Source: Octopus vulgaris (taxonomy: Eukaryota). Taken from it: DNA of 64,000 nt. Position 1 is the stretch's first letter. Every line of letters begins with the position of its first letter. The notes beneath the pieces were generated by a model, which did no database searches, was not told the DNA's origin, and saw only the letters and a list, made by a program, of their open reading frames with translations. The stretch covers positions 57,970,001 through 58,034,000 of the forward strand of contig OX597818.1 of assembly GCA_951406725.2 (NCBI GenBank), read 5' to 3'. Made by a program: the position numbers and the translations under genes. Positions 25,141 to 38,482 of this stretch are shown piece by piece.

Positions 25141-25160
25141 AAGAAGAAAAAGAAGAAGAA
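24880..25160 (+). mobile_element. Retroposon 3' end followed by (AAT)n(AAG)n
   Basis: 24910-24993 resembles the reverse complement of 51470-51560; ends in an (AAT)n tract. Confidence 0.5.
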
Positions 25161-25553
25161 GGAAAGTATATGTGTATATCTTCTTAATTTTAACAGATAT
25201 TTAATAACATGTATTGCCGAAAGGACGACAGGTATTGAATAGAATCTTTGATCAATGATTTTGCTGTCGTATAGTTACTTTTATTTGTTTCATTTTATTG
25301 AGTTTTACTTAGTACTGGAACGTAATCCTACTTAATGTGTAATCAATAGGATATCTTCTGGAGCGACTTCTATATTACCTAATAACGTTACTTAGCCTGT
25401 CTCCCTCTCTTTGCGAAATATCTATACTGAACAATAACAGTGATCAAATTACAATTCTATCTCGACTTGCAAAAACACTACTGATAAAAAAAGGATGAAC
25501 ACCATACTACATATCTGAAGGAACTGGTAAATAAGATGTTGTAAGAAACCTTC

Positions 25554-25554
<1 letters not shown>

Positions 25555-25587
<33 letters not shown>

Positions 25588-26270
25588 ATTTGGCTCAAAA
25601 GCAAATAGCAAGGCCATGTAGGGGGACATGGAGTTAAGTACAGGGTGGTGTTCATGTAAAGAGTTCAGGCCACTTGAGGTCAAGGGAGGCTTTGAACAAG
25701 GCGGTGGTCGGCATCTTCACCATCTCGTCTGGCAGCTTGTTCCACGGATCCGCAACCGGGACGGAGAAAGCTCCTCTCCTTCGATTGAGATGAAATCGTC
25801 GCAGGTAGAGCTTTTCTGATTGACCCCGCAGCCGAAGCTCTGGAGCAGGAGTGAAGAACAGCTCTTTCGAGAGGTTACACTTTCCGCTTATGATGCTGTG
25901 GGCGAGAATGAGATCACCACGGCGGCGGCGTTTTTCTAGAGAATAAAGGTCGAGCGTCCTCAGCCTTTCTTCATAGGACAAATTTTTGAGACCATGAACC
26001 ATGCGGGTACTCAGCTTCTGGACTCTTTCAAGATGCTGTATGTCTTTGAGGAGATAAGGAGAAGATGCTTGAATCCCGTACTCCAATATGGGTCTCACCA
26101 GCGTGACATAGAGTGGTAGGAATATGGCTGCTGTGAGCATTCCGAATGACCGTCGAATCAAGAACAAAATTCCGCGTGCTTTGTTGGCAGCATGGACGCA
26201 CTGGCCGAAGGCGAAAAGGAGGAATCCACCAAGATACCCAGGTCCTTTACCTGATCGGTCCTCTTCAGGG
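25555..26270 (-). mobile_element. CR1-clade LINE 3' fragment with (CTAA)n tail
   Basis: ORF 25652-26167: LYVTLVRPILEYG...LERVQK...LSYEERL...RRRGDLI...WNKLP. Confidence 0.9.
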
Positions 26271-26332
26271 TTATCCGTCTTCCTTTAGTTGATGGGTGTA
26301 CTTGGAGACTTCACAGTTAAATTACAATTCTA

Positions 26333-26898
26333 TTGGGTTATCCGGAAAGTGCGTGCTGATTTTTAAAGGAAAGAAAAAGGTCAATAAATACTTGCCGTTA
26401 TATTTTTAATCTACCAAATATGAACCATGTTGTTGCACAATGTGTCTCCATCTTTCCTTTAGCTTGAAAATACCCTCTTTCCAGAATTGAGGTGGTTTCA
26501 TGGCAAAGAATTCATCAAGGTATTTTTTTACGTCATCCAAGGAATTGAAATTTTTACCATTAAGACTATTCTGCAGAGACCTGAATAAGTGGAAATCCGA
26601 AGGAGCAATATCTGGTGAATATGGATGGTGGGGTAACACATCCCAGCCGAGCTGCAGCAATATTTGTCTGGTTCCCAAAGCATCAAGTGTCGAAAAGGAA
26701 CTTTCTTATCTTCCATTTTAAAGGGTTACAGAATTAACACAGGTTATAAGAACATAAAACTTCTTCCACGAAACGATAGCTTAAACTGTGCTCTAAATGG
26801 AGGTGTAGACAAATCCTATTTTATGGATTCAACCATGTTCTAAAATAAGTCGAAAGGTTAGCTACTATAAATCGACACGAACTTTCCGGACTACCCAA
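26333..26898 (-). mobile_element. Internally deleted mariner element
   Basis: Imperfect ~30-bp TIRs (ttgggttatccggaaagt...), TA on both sides, transposase C-terminus HHPYSPDIAPSDFHLF. Confidence 0.92.
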
Positions 26899-27234
26899 TA
26901 TTTCCACCCGATATATAAATCCTAAATAGTTCAGTTAAGCATACATCCCTATTAAAGGAAACTGGTAAGTGAAAAGAATGTGGTAGGATCCCTAGGAATA
27001 CTAAAGCCTCACTTTCCTGCAGCGTTTACTAATTTCTAACTTGCCACTGTAGCTTATATAACAATAAAATGGAAAGGCAATTATTTTAGTCGTTCAAATA
27101 TGGGATCATAAGAAATTAACTCTGCGTATATGCAGAAGTTATTTTACCTAATTGTATTTGAAACGCTGATTACATCACTGCTGACAATTCAATGTTTGTG
27201 TGATATACATACGCCCCTCTCATATATATTATTT

Positions 27235-27425
27235 TATTCATTTATTTCTTTCAGTCATTTGACTGTGGCCGTGCTGGAGCACCGCCTTTAGTCGTACAAA
27301 TGGACCCCAGAACTTATTCTTTATAAGCCTAGTACTTATTATATCGGTCACATACGGTGACGTGAAAGAACACCAACATCTGTTGTCAAGCGATGGTGGG
27401 GAACAAAAACAGACACACAAACACA
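27235..27425 (-). mobile_element. SINE family C, 3' half, followed by a long compound microsatellite
   Basis: ttcagtcatttgactgtggccgtgctggagcaccgcc. Confidence 0.8.
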
Positions 27426-27530
27426 TACATACATACATACATACATACGTACATATATATATATATACATATATATATATACGTATATATATACATATAT
27501 ATATACATATATATACACATATATATATAT

Positions 27531-27661
<131 letters not shown>

Positions 27662-27715
27662 GCAAGAAATAAGATTAAGATTAATGTAAAAAATAAATAT
27701 CACTGAAGCAAAATT

Positions 27716-27798
<83 letters not shown>

Positions 27799-27802
<4 letters not shown>

Positions 27803-30256
27803 ACGAAAATGTTTTACTTGGAAAGAAAATAGTGGATTTTCATTTAGGCATATTGATTCGAACTTGAATCTACAAATTCCCTTTTGAAGTACCACAGCGA
27901 ACATTATAAATACTAAAACCCCATAAGCCAAAGGTCGGTCATGAAAGGAATTCGTTGAATGAGTTTGCGAAAATATGACCAGACAGGTGACCGCGAGCGA
28001 TATACAACAACTCTTTACCCTTTCACTAGATTACATTTCCACCCTATAGCATCATTCTGTCTTTCTCGACGGCTACTGATATGACAGGCAGAATAACGTT
28101 TCATTCTGTGTTCCCCCCCTCTTTCATCTCTGCCACTCTATAACCCTTTCGGCTATATTACTCTGCAAAAGATATAAACAGTAAACACCAACACTAGAAG
28201 AAAATGGTAAGAGTGGCTTCCCTTGTGCGTTGATTGCTGGCTTCTGTAGCGACTGGTGGACTTTCAACTTCCGACAAGGAAATCCACCTGTCTTTACGAA
28301 CTGACATAAATTTAACTATTTGTAACAGCTCTCCAGTTCAACTCTGATATTTTGTGACGGCTTGGGATTTGGACTAAAGTGATTATAACAGCTTTGACTT
28401 GCTTTCGATCTGTGTGTTTAATGCCATTCATTTAAATCAAAACACATCTAAAACCCTACGTGCTGTTGTTGCTTTATTCGCTGGTGCCTTTGTCTAACCC
28501 GTAAAACAATTGGGAGCTCGACCGGGATCAAATCTGCGAGTCGGCTAGAGATCAGATCTGCGACTCGTCCAAGATATGAACGGATCGAAATCTGCGAGTC
28601 TTCTTGGATGTGAACTGATGAATTCTGCGAGACGTTTTGCGATATGGATATTGAATGATCGAATTCAGTAGGGACATTTTTTACAAAAGAAAAAAGAAAT
28701 AAGGAAAATAAAAATAGAGTGATTCATTTCATTTTTCTGCATAAACTTTTTTCCCTTTTGCAAAGAAGTTAACTGAAGCCAGCGAAAATGTCATTTAAAT
28801 TAGAGGAGTCGGCCCTTTGCGCAAATCACTTCTATTTAAAATGTAAAATGTCAACACATTTTAAACTCGAGGCTAAATTTGCTATAAGAAAATTTCAAAT
28901 TCTGAAAATTATTTTGAATCACTTCATCAAAGAAGAAATCTTCAATCATAATGTTTTGGAAATGGTGAAAGAGGAACGTCAGACAAATTGGAGATAAAAA
29001 AACCTCGAGATTCAATTAGTGTTGAAAAAAAACAGAAAAAGAAATTGAACTTAAAAAATTAGAATTAGCATCAGTAAAAGAAATTAAGTTTAAAATGCTG
29101 GAATTACAAAAGGAAATTGAACTTCATAAGTTAGAAAATTGTCTTCCTCTCTCACACACTTCCTCTTTCGATGTTACACGGCATGCTAGTCTGGTCTCTG
29201 CTTTCAAAGAAAAGAAGGTGGACAAATATTTCCTGCATTTAAAAAAAATGTTTCTGAAAACCTCAAGTGGCCCAAGGAGTCATGGACTATGCTGCTACAA
29301 ACGGTGTTAAAAGTTAAGGCATATTTTTGACTTTATGTGTGGAGCAAAGTGCGGATTACAAAGTGGTTAAGAGGACCCTTCTGAAAGCTTAAGTGTTAGC
29401 GCTCGAAGCTTATCCACAAAAATTTAGGAATGCTCAAAACAAAGGAACAATGAGACTTTTCTAGAGTTTGCTAGGGAGAAGGAAAGTTTATTTGATTGGT
29501 GGTGTAACTAAGAAGGTCACAGATTTTGATAGTTGGAAGCAGTTAATTTAATGGAAGATTTTAAACAAAGTATTCATTCCGACCTCAAGGTTTATTTCAT
29601 GAACAAAAAGTTAATATTCTGCATAATGCTGCTATTTTGGAACATGGCTATCATTTGACTCATAGGAGTTCTTTTCGGTCGTCGAGATCGTCTTCTTCTG
29701 GTCATAAGTGTTTTTTCCCCGTGTGGTAGCTCATATTATGCGCATTCCAATGGTAATGGGACGAGTTTAAATTTTTCAGATAGGTGGTCACATCCGTCTC
29801 GGTCTCATTCTGGAACTTCCATTGGTTTTATTCCTATTTGTGATTATTGTATGAAGCCGGATCATTTAATTTCGACATGTCCCAAAATTTAGTATAAAAA
29901 TTAGCCCTCTGGTTCCTCAAGTGCTTCTGTGACTGTCGTATCTATCCCTTCATGGATTTTTGATTCTGAGTCTATAGTTCCGAAAGAGTTTTTGCCTTGT
30001 TTGCACAAAGGTTTTATGTCACTTATGGGTGATGAGTCTACCATTTCTATTTTGAGGGATCTGGGATCCCTTCAGTTTCTAATTTTAAAGAATGTTTACT
30101 TTTTTGTGCTGATTCTTCGGCTGACTCAAAAGTTTCAATTCGGGGTATAAGTGGCAAATTTTCTACTCCTCTCCATTTGGTAAGTTTAAATTCAGATTTA
30201 ATTTCTGGTGTCGATATGTTTTTCGGGAATGATATTATGAGATCCAAAGTATGCAA

Positions 30257-30257
<1 letters not shown>
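27799..30257 (+). mobile_element. Truncated Ty3/Gypsy LTR retrotransposon, Gmr1-like (5' LTR, PBS, decayed gag and protease)
   Basis: TG...CA segment 27799-28508; PBS tgggagctcgaccgggat at 28511-28528 (tRNA-Pro-like); FKEKKVDKYFLH, KWPKESW, QLILMEDF, knuckle CDYCMKPDHLISTC, protease ILRDLGS. Confidence 0.85.
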
Positions 30258-30310
<53 letters not shown>

Positions 30311-30322
30311 GTACATACATGG

Positions 30323-30397
<75 letters not shown>

Positions 30398-30429
30398 TAT
30401 GTATGTATATGTCTGTATATACTTTGATA

Positions 30430-33190
30430 CCTTAATAGCTTTCGGCCAGTATTGACCCAGGTCATGTTTAACTTAATAGCACCACCTGGGAAAAGCATTT
30501 AAATCAAGAATCGGACAATATGGCCCACTCGACGTGGCCTATTGTTTATGGAGACATATCCGGGCGTTGGTAGTTTATCCGGGATTTTTTGAAGTAATTT
30601 GTCCAAAGACTTCGTGAACTTTATAGGTTCTGTCTCTGCTTTCACGAGTTTTGATGTTTATGGTAAAGAGAACGGCGGCGCGATAAGGTGAAATAATTGT
30701 GTCGTATTGTAGTTATGTGAGATGTATATGATTTTTGTGGTGGGCGGCTAGCACGGGGCCCAAGACAGTTGTATATTGAAGGCGATGCCAACATCATTTG
30801 GGCAATGCTTATGCAATATTTTCCACATCATGAGTTTGATCTAACGCCCACGGCAGCGTTGAAGAGAATAAAACTTGAGCTTTTCTAGGAGACCCCGATA
30901 ATCATGGCCTGTCATGCCCTCTATCTGTTTTGTAATTGGTATTTGACGTACTTCAATATTCATGATACGTTCTTTCTTGTGAGGAGGCCACACAGGTCAA
31001 CGGTGTTCAACAGTGTGGGATCGGGCAGAAGTGGAGAAGAAAAGCATAACGGTGTGGATATCTCTCCAATGGAAAGTTCTGAGAATCCAGGAACGCATTC
31101 TGCAGGCCATATCAACTTTGTTGTTCATATGAGTGGCCCATATGATGTTGTCATCCCCCCACGTTTCTGATGTTGTTAGATGTCATGAGTGTTTCACCCG
31201 AAGGAATTTAGTATGGGAGTTTCAGGATATCCTCTTTTCCAGCATTTTAGTCTGTTAATTTTTTTGTTTGTTCTTTTTATATTTTTCTGATAATCGCGTT
31301 TCTGTTTTGGGGAATTCTGTACTTCGTTTTCTTCACAGGTCTTGGGGGAATGTGTTTAGCACATAAGTTTGTGTTAGTGTCAACAAAGATCTGCCAATAT
31401 ATTTTGACGTTGGAGGAGGTGTATGCATGTTTGAAAGAGCCGCCAACATGTGATAGATCGTTTATGATTGCGTCCCAGTCGGCATCATACAGATCCATAG
31501 TATCAAATGGGTCGGCTAGAGAGAGGTCACTGCGGCCAGCTTTCGGCTGGTGGAATCTCAGGTTACAGAGAACAACATCATGAACTAAAAGAAGGGTTTT
31601 ATTCATTGAAATATTGTGTATAGTGTTAGTGTGGTTACTAAACACAAGGTCTAAAATATCCTGATACCTCTTGGTGCAACAACTAGCTGAGACAAGAAAA
31701 AATCATTCATAAAATCGAGAAGTGAATCTCCTGCTTCTTTGTCAGCAGTTGAGGTGGGGGTGCCTGATTTCAACCTGTTGGATAATGTTGTCATTTCCAC
31801 TTTTCTTGTGGTTTTTTGTTGTTGTTGTTGTTACGGTTTTTGTCTTTGCGAACAGACTAGATCAGCATTACTGCGACAGGAACTGTTTTTACTGTGGTTT
31901 GTGTGTTTGCTTGGGACCCCATTTCTGTTAGTGCGGCGGGTCTCTGAAAGATGAGGGAAAGAACAGTCATCCAATAGACATAGTTTCTTGCATTGGGAAT
32001 ACCGGAAAAGTCTGGGATTCCGTGTTTTAACAGTCTGTCTACAATTTGGTTTTGTCGATGTTGATGTTAATATTAGATGGATGCTTTGGTCTTGGCTGGT
32101 AGTGTTTGCGTGGATTTTGCATCTAATGTCAGGTAGATGTGTAAAGATGTAGTCACTACGTGTGCAGAGCCTGTAACGTTAAGAATTACGGCGTAGTTTG
32201 GCGTTTCTTGTTAGTGTCCTGGGGGATACATTCTTTTTCATAGTTTTTTGTAGTTTTTTTATTACACTACGCTAGGATTGAGCTGGCGATGTGGGTGAAA
32301 AAAGCAGTGGTTTATTTTTAGTATTTGAGTTGGTAGAAGGCAATGATGGTAGAAATGCTTAGCGGTATTTCGTCTGCCGTTACGTTCTGAGTTCAAATTC
32401 CGCCGAGGTCGACTTTGACTTTCATCGTTTCGGAGTCGATTAAATAAGTGCCAGTTACGCACTGGGGTCGATGTAATCGACTTAATCCCTTCGTCTGTCC
32501 TTGTTTGTCCCTTCTGTGTTTAGCCCCTTGTGGGCAATAAAGAAATAAGAAGGCGTTGATGGCAGCGGTGGTGATGCCGATGAAGACAACAATGATAACT
32601 GATGGCTGCTGTGAGAACGGTAAGTGAAGAGACACTATCGTTCAGTAAATCAGCCATTATGCTGGAGTTTAGGAGCTGTTCTTCCTGTTGTTGTTGCTGT
32701 TCACGATTGTCTGGCTGTTGTTGTCGCTAAGATTGTGGCTGTTGTTGATTTCGTTTCTTTATGGTTTTCTGGCGGTTGCTGTGGTTGTGATTGACTAATA
32801 TGTAAAGGGAAAATGTATCGAAGTTTTTCAAAACGACTCTGAATTAGCTTGAAGAAAACATTGACGTGTTTTAGTTTGCGCAAATCTGCTTAACAGATCG
32901 CGCTGTTGTTTTTCGGCAATTTCATTTAGACACGAATTGTGTATGGTTTCTGTTTGGGAGAGAGAAAACTTTGTGCTTATTAGGATGTCAATTTCATTAT
33001 CAGACCAATTTCGTTTGTTGTATGTCTGCTGGTTTGCGCCATGGTAGTTTTTCTCTTAGTTTTGTTTTGTTTCAGATATACGTATATATGTGTGTGAGGT
33101 TTTGGTTGTTTCTTTGTTTGTTTAGGTATAATTTGTAGTTAAGTAAACAATTGTACATACGTGTTTGTACATACGTGTTTACTCACTCTC
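30430..33190 (-). mobile_element. Heavily decayed LINE (CR1/L2-group-like) with endonuclease end and C-terminal remnants
   Basis: DILDLVFSNH...ADWDAI...LCAKHIP in the 31277-31660 frame; QKIPDKLPTPGY near 30560-30600; interrupted by a SINE. Confidence 0.65.
32352..32548 (+). mobile_element. SINE family A, 5'-truncated
   Basis: Family A body; flanked by degenerate duplication gaaggc..tgatgg.ag. Confidence 0.85.
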
Positions 33191-33200
33191 ACATAAACAC

Positions 33201-33240
<40 letters not shown>

Positions 33241-33245
<5 letters not shown>

Positions 33246-33538
33246 CGTGACCGACCAGGCTATCAAATGTTGCCACACATCGCTGGTCACAATGCGCCTC
33301 GCATTGTTTTAGCCTTCAAATGACGCCACCTCGTTGGCTAAGCGGGCGGGCCAACAGAAGAAAGAGTGAGGGAAAGTTGTGGCGTAAGAGTACAGTAAGG
33401 ATCGCCTCCACCCTCTGCCAGAGCCTCGTGGAAGTTTTGGCGTTTTCGCTCAATAAAAACTCACAACACCCGGTCTGGGAATCGAAACCGCTATCCTACG
33501 ACCGCGAGTCCGCTGTCCACTGGGCCATTGCGCCTCCA
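33241..33538 (-). mobile_element. SINE family B, tail type 2
   Basis: Matches 9770-10084; between (TA)n tracts. Confidence 0.85.
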
Positions 33539-33540
33539 TA

Positions 33541-33669
<129 letters not shown>

Positions 33670-33914
33670 GTATATATAATATATACACACGGGCAGTTTG
33701 GCTTTAGCGTCGGATTTGTAGCTCTGTAGCTAGCAGAGAGAAGCAAAACACATCTGTACACTCAAGAGTCGCATCAGTATGTCATACATTACGTAATCTA
33801 TTCTCAAAATATAAATAACAAAACACACCCCACCCCTCACCGTTCCCTGGCTCACCCTGCCTCCATAGACATCCCCCCTTTAGTTACCCTTATGATCACC
33901 GATATTCCATATAA

Positions 33915-34380
<466 letters not shown>

Positions 34381-34559
34381 TATGTCTCTCAAAGATGCAC
34401 ATTCAGTGGCAGTTCTTTAATGTAAAGGCTATTTGCCGATATAATATGGCTGTCCTGAAAGGGACGATGTTACCGTTGTTTTAGCCCCAAGAAACAACGT
34501 TTCTAACTGGCTATACTTCACTCTGACTCCTTATATTTCGGAACAGCCACAGTATATTT

Positions 34560-35500
34560 CCAACGTGCACTCTCGCTGATACACAAGACGAGCAAAGCCG
34601 GCAGCTGGGACACCACCTCGATGATGTATAGATGGCTGGTAGAGGCTAAAAATGATATCTTCCTGGGAGGGGCTCTGGGGTATGACGAGAACCAACTTGC
34701 CAACCTGTTTAAAAAGACTTTCAGGTCAGGGTACTTGGCCAATTACCAAAAATACCTGACTTGTCAGTGCTACATGAACGCTTTACCTGTTCGCGATATG
34801 TTATCTAGGCACGGAGTGTCAGTGCCACCGACATGTCCAAGATGTGGGGTGGACGATGAAACCGCTCAGCACGCTTTTGTACAATTTCGGGGATCTGACA
34901 AGCTTGATAATTTACGTAGAACACGTCTTGTCGCACCCGAGGCGAATCCAGCTGTCGGCTGGATGTATAATAAAGATGATACCTATTTCTTTACTACCCA
35001 CAAGGGGCTAAACACAGAGAGGACAGACAAGGACAGACAAACGGATTAAGTGGATTATATCGATCGCAGTGCATAACTGGTACTTAATTTATCGACCCCG
35101 AAAGGATGAAAGGCAAAGTCCACCTCGGCGGAATTTGAACTCAGAACGTAGCGGCAGACGAAATACTGCTAAGCATTTCGCCCGGCGTGCTAACGATTTA
35201 GCCAGCTCGCCGCCTCAAATAATAAAGATGATACCGCCAACTGGACTCACGAAGGAAGGTGAGGCATGTTTTCACTGTACGGTGGCAGTATTGAAAGAGT
35301 GTGTATGGCGAACCAGAATGGAAGGTTTCGCGACGGGTCCGTCTCTGGCCTGTGTTTGATAAGCTACTTCAGATACCATCTGAAGAGTAAAAGAGGTTAG
35401 AGAGCAAGACCCTGCCACAGTGAGAGTATGAGAAACGTTGGAGAGATGTGATGGGAAAGGTGAGTGTCTGTAACCCAGCTTAACCATCAATAAAAGGGAA
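34560..35500 (+). mobile_element. L1/Tx1-like LINE ORF2 C-terminal fragment (zf-RVT), interrupted by a SINE
   Basis: ALPVRDMLSRHG...TCPRCGVDDETAQHAF; continues ...VLKECVWRTR after the SINE. Confidence 0.75.
34984..35216 (-). mobile_element. Full-length SINE family A
   Basis: 17-bp TSD ataataaagatgatacc at 34967-34983 and 35219-35235. Confidence 0.9.
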
Positions 35501-35894
35501 AAAGATAGTTGCTGGGCCTTATAGGCTATCGGGTATGAAGTTTGAACTTGTTTCCTTTACTTTATCTTAAAAAAAGGATACCAGGAAAGTCAAGTAAAGC
35601 ATATTAAATATATTCAAATTCATAATGTTCATTCGATATATATATATATATATATCTTATACATACACACATATAATTATATTTATATGTGTTTATTTAA
35701 TTTAGTGATTTTTTTAATAATATTTATTATAGTATCTTTTAAAAAAATTCTATATTGTGTAGATAATGTCTTTCATTATTAAATTACTTAAGAGAAGTTA
35801 TTTCTCTTAATTATATATATAAATTATATATTGTGAAATATATATTTAGAATTGCTAAATTGAATATTTTCTGTATGTTTGGAATTATGTTTCC

Positions 35895-35959
<65 letters not shown>

Positions 35960-36021
35960 TTGTTAAATTTATCTCTACATACATTATACAAATCATAGCC
36001 GAGACATTATTGGATAAAATC

Positions 36022-36427
36022 ATTTACTCTTTTACTTGTTTCAGTTATTTGACTGCAGCCATGCTGGAGCACCGCCTTTAGTCGAATCAAATCGACCCCA
36101 GGACTTATTCTTTTTAAATCTAGTACTTATTCTATCGGTCTCTTTTGCAGAACCGCTAAGTTACGGGACGTAAACACACCAGCAACGGTTGTCAAACGAT
36201 GTTGGGGGTACAGACACAGGCACACAAACATGTACACACACATACATATACATGTATATATACGACAGGCTTCTTTCAGTTTCTGTCTACCAAATCCACT
36301 CACACGGCTTTGGTCGGCCCGAGGCTATAGTAGAAGACATTTGCCCAAGTTGCCACGCAGTAGAACTGAACCCGAAACCATGTGGTTCGTAAGCAAGTAC
36401 TTACCACACAGCCACTCCTGCGCCTAT
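36022..36427 (-). mobile_element. SINE family C
   Basis: Reverse complement of 12963-13390. Confidence 0.88.
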
Positions 36428-37763
36428 ACCACATTTACATGTTAAACACATTGCTAGTAGTTGGTACCTAGCCAAAATCGCTGCTGGCTATAATTTCTAT
36501 AGAATAACTGTAGAGATAACCTTCTCAAGTGATTTAATAGCACTGCTTACACAGTAGAACAAGGTATTGACATAGGAAGACGTCTAATGTACTTTGTAGT
36601 ATGGCCTGCTTGCATAACGCAATGCCATGTTACTACAAATAATTAATATTTATGTGCCAGTTATCCAATAACATATGAAACCAGAACAGCGGAAACTGTA
36701 TGTGGTAACGTAGCTTGTGAAAAATAGCAAGCAAAACATTCTTCTAAATGTATTCTATACACCTATATATATATAAAAAAACAATGTTACGCTGTGCTAG
36801 GTAATCCAAGAAGAAATACACTAAACGTGCAGGCATCATGGGTACGATATAAATATATTTGATCATGTCTGGTCTTTCAGTGCTGACCTGGATTTTACCA
36901 ACATAAACTACCATACGTTGAACATAAATTCACTGTCTCTAGAATTCTTTAAAGAATATTTCAGGTGCCACACTCCGTCATTATCATAACGGAACATATA
37001 GCAGTTCAGAATGTAAATTATATTTAAGGCTTCAGACATTTTTATTCTATTAATCTATTCAAAACACTTGTGGATTGATTACGTAAGACAAGTTAGATTC
37101 CAAGAGAAAACCATTCGATTCTCTTACACTCCTGAGCCATGGATTCCACTGCCCAATTTTCTCTCTCTATCGGCAAGAAGAATCCAGTGCTGGTAGAATT
37201 TAGCAGTCTAGTGTATGGGGAAAACAATCGATCATTCTTATTCAACTATTTATGCCCTACAAATACAACTACTTAACTGATGTAACCTGTAAATATCTTC
37301 AGAGATACAGACACCACTGTTAAACACACATGCACTCGGAAAATCTGTCCTTTATGATGTTTTACATCTGGAGTTATTAGAAAGAAAATTGAAATCAATT
37401 ATATTTGGACGATACTCACCATAATTAGATTGCGATTACTGTCGCTTTACATATATATTATGTGATATATGATGCGATCCTAATTTGATTATTAACAAAT
37501 TGTGATATCTGTAGTTCTCGAGTGTTGACTTACTGCTAATGATTTCAAAATTAAATCTACGTTTGTAACATCATTGTTTCACACAAGGATACATGTATAA
37601 GCGTTTGCGCTGTCCTAATTACATTCCCTAATATATTACCATAAAGTATTCTTAACACATACCTATCACTCATTACTAATATGGAACTTAGAAACATATC
37701 TTGTACAACATATTTTATCGAAGATAAATGTGAGTTAAAATCAATGTCATTATTTCTACATAG

Positions 37764-37960
37764 GCGTTAGCGCGCCGGACGAAATGCTTAGTCGTATTTC
37801 TGTCGTCGCTATATCCTGAGTTCAAATTCCACCCAGGTCGACTTTACTTTTCATCCTTTCGGGGCGGATAAAATAAATACCAGTTCAATACTGGAGTCCA
37901 TATAAATGACTCAACCCCTCCCCTAAAATTGCTACCCTTGTTGCAACATTTGAAACCATT
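37764..37960 (+). mobile_element. SINE family A variant (alternative tail)
   Basis: gagttcaaattcc...tttcatcctttcgggg...ccctaaaattgct. Confidence 0.7.
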
Positions 37961-37967
37961 ATTATTG

Positions 37968-38482
37968 TAGCTTACCTTTCGACTTATTTTAGAACATGTT
38001 TGTGCCCATAAAATAGGATTTAAAGCACAGTTTAAGCTATCTTTTCGTGGAAGAAGGTTATTGTTCCTATAACCCATGTTAATTCTATAACCCTTGAAAA
38101 TGGAAGATTAGAAAGTTCATTTTCGGCACTTCATGATTTGGGAACCAGAGAAAATTGCTGCAGCTCGGCTGGGATGTGTTACCCCACCCTCCATATTCAC
38201 CAGATATTGCTCCTTCGGATTTTCACTTATTCAGGTCTCTGCAGAATAGTCTTAATGTTAAAAATTTCAATTCCTTGGATGGCGTAAAAAGATACCTTGA
38301 TGACTTCTTTGCCATGAAACCACCTCAAATCTGGGAAGAGGGTATTTTTAAGTTAAAGGAAAGGTGGAGACGCATTGTGCAACAAAATGGTTCATATTTG
38401 GTTGATTAAAAATGTAATGGGAAGTATTTATTGAGGTTTTTCTTTCCTTTAAAAATCGGCAGGAACTTTCCGTACAACCCAA
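37968..38482 (+). mobile_element. Internally deleted mariner element lacking the left TIR
   Basis: ORF 38155-38409 HPPYSPDIAPSDFHLF; right TIR ...actttccgtacaacccaa-TA; same deletion as 26333-26898. Confidence 0.9.

Noticed and set aside
25555-25587. (TTAG)n as interstitial telomeric repeat
   Set aside because: Tetramer lying exactly at the 3' end of a CR1 fragment, so it is the LINE tail
25440-26975. Duplicated aaattacaattcta...actggtaa as tandem plus-strand exons
   Set aside because: Similarity is short, and the frames I translated contain stops; insufficient support
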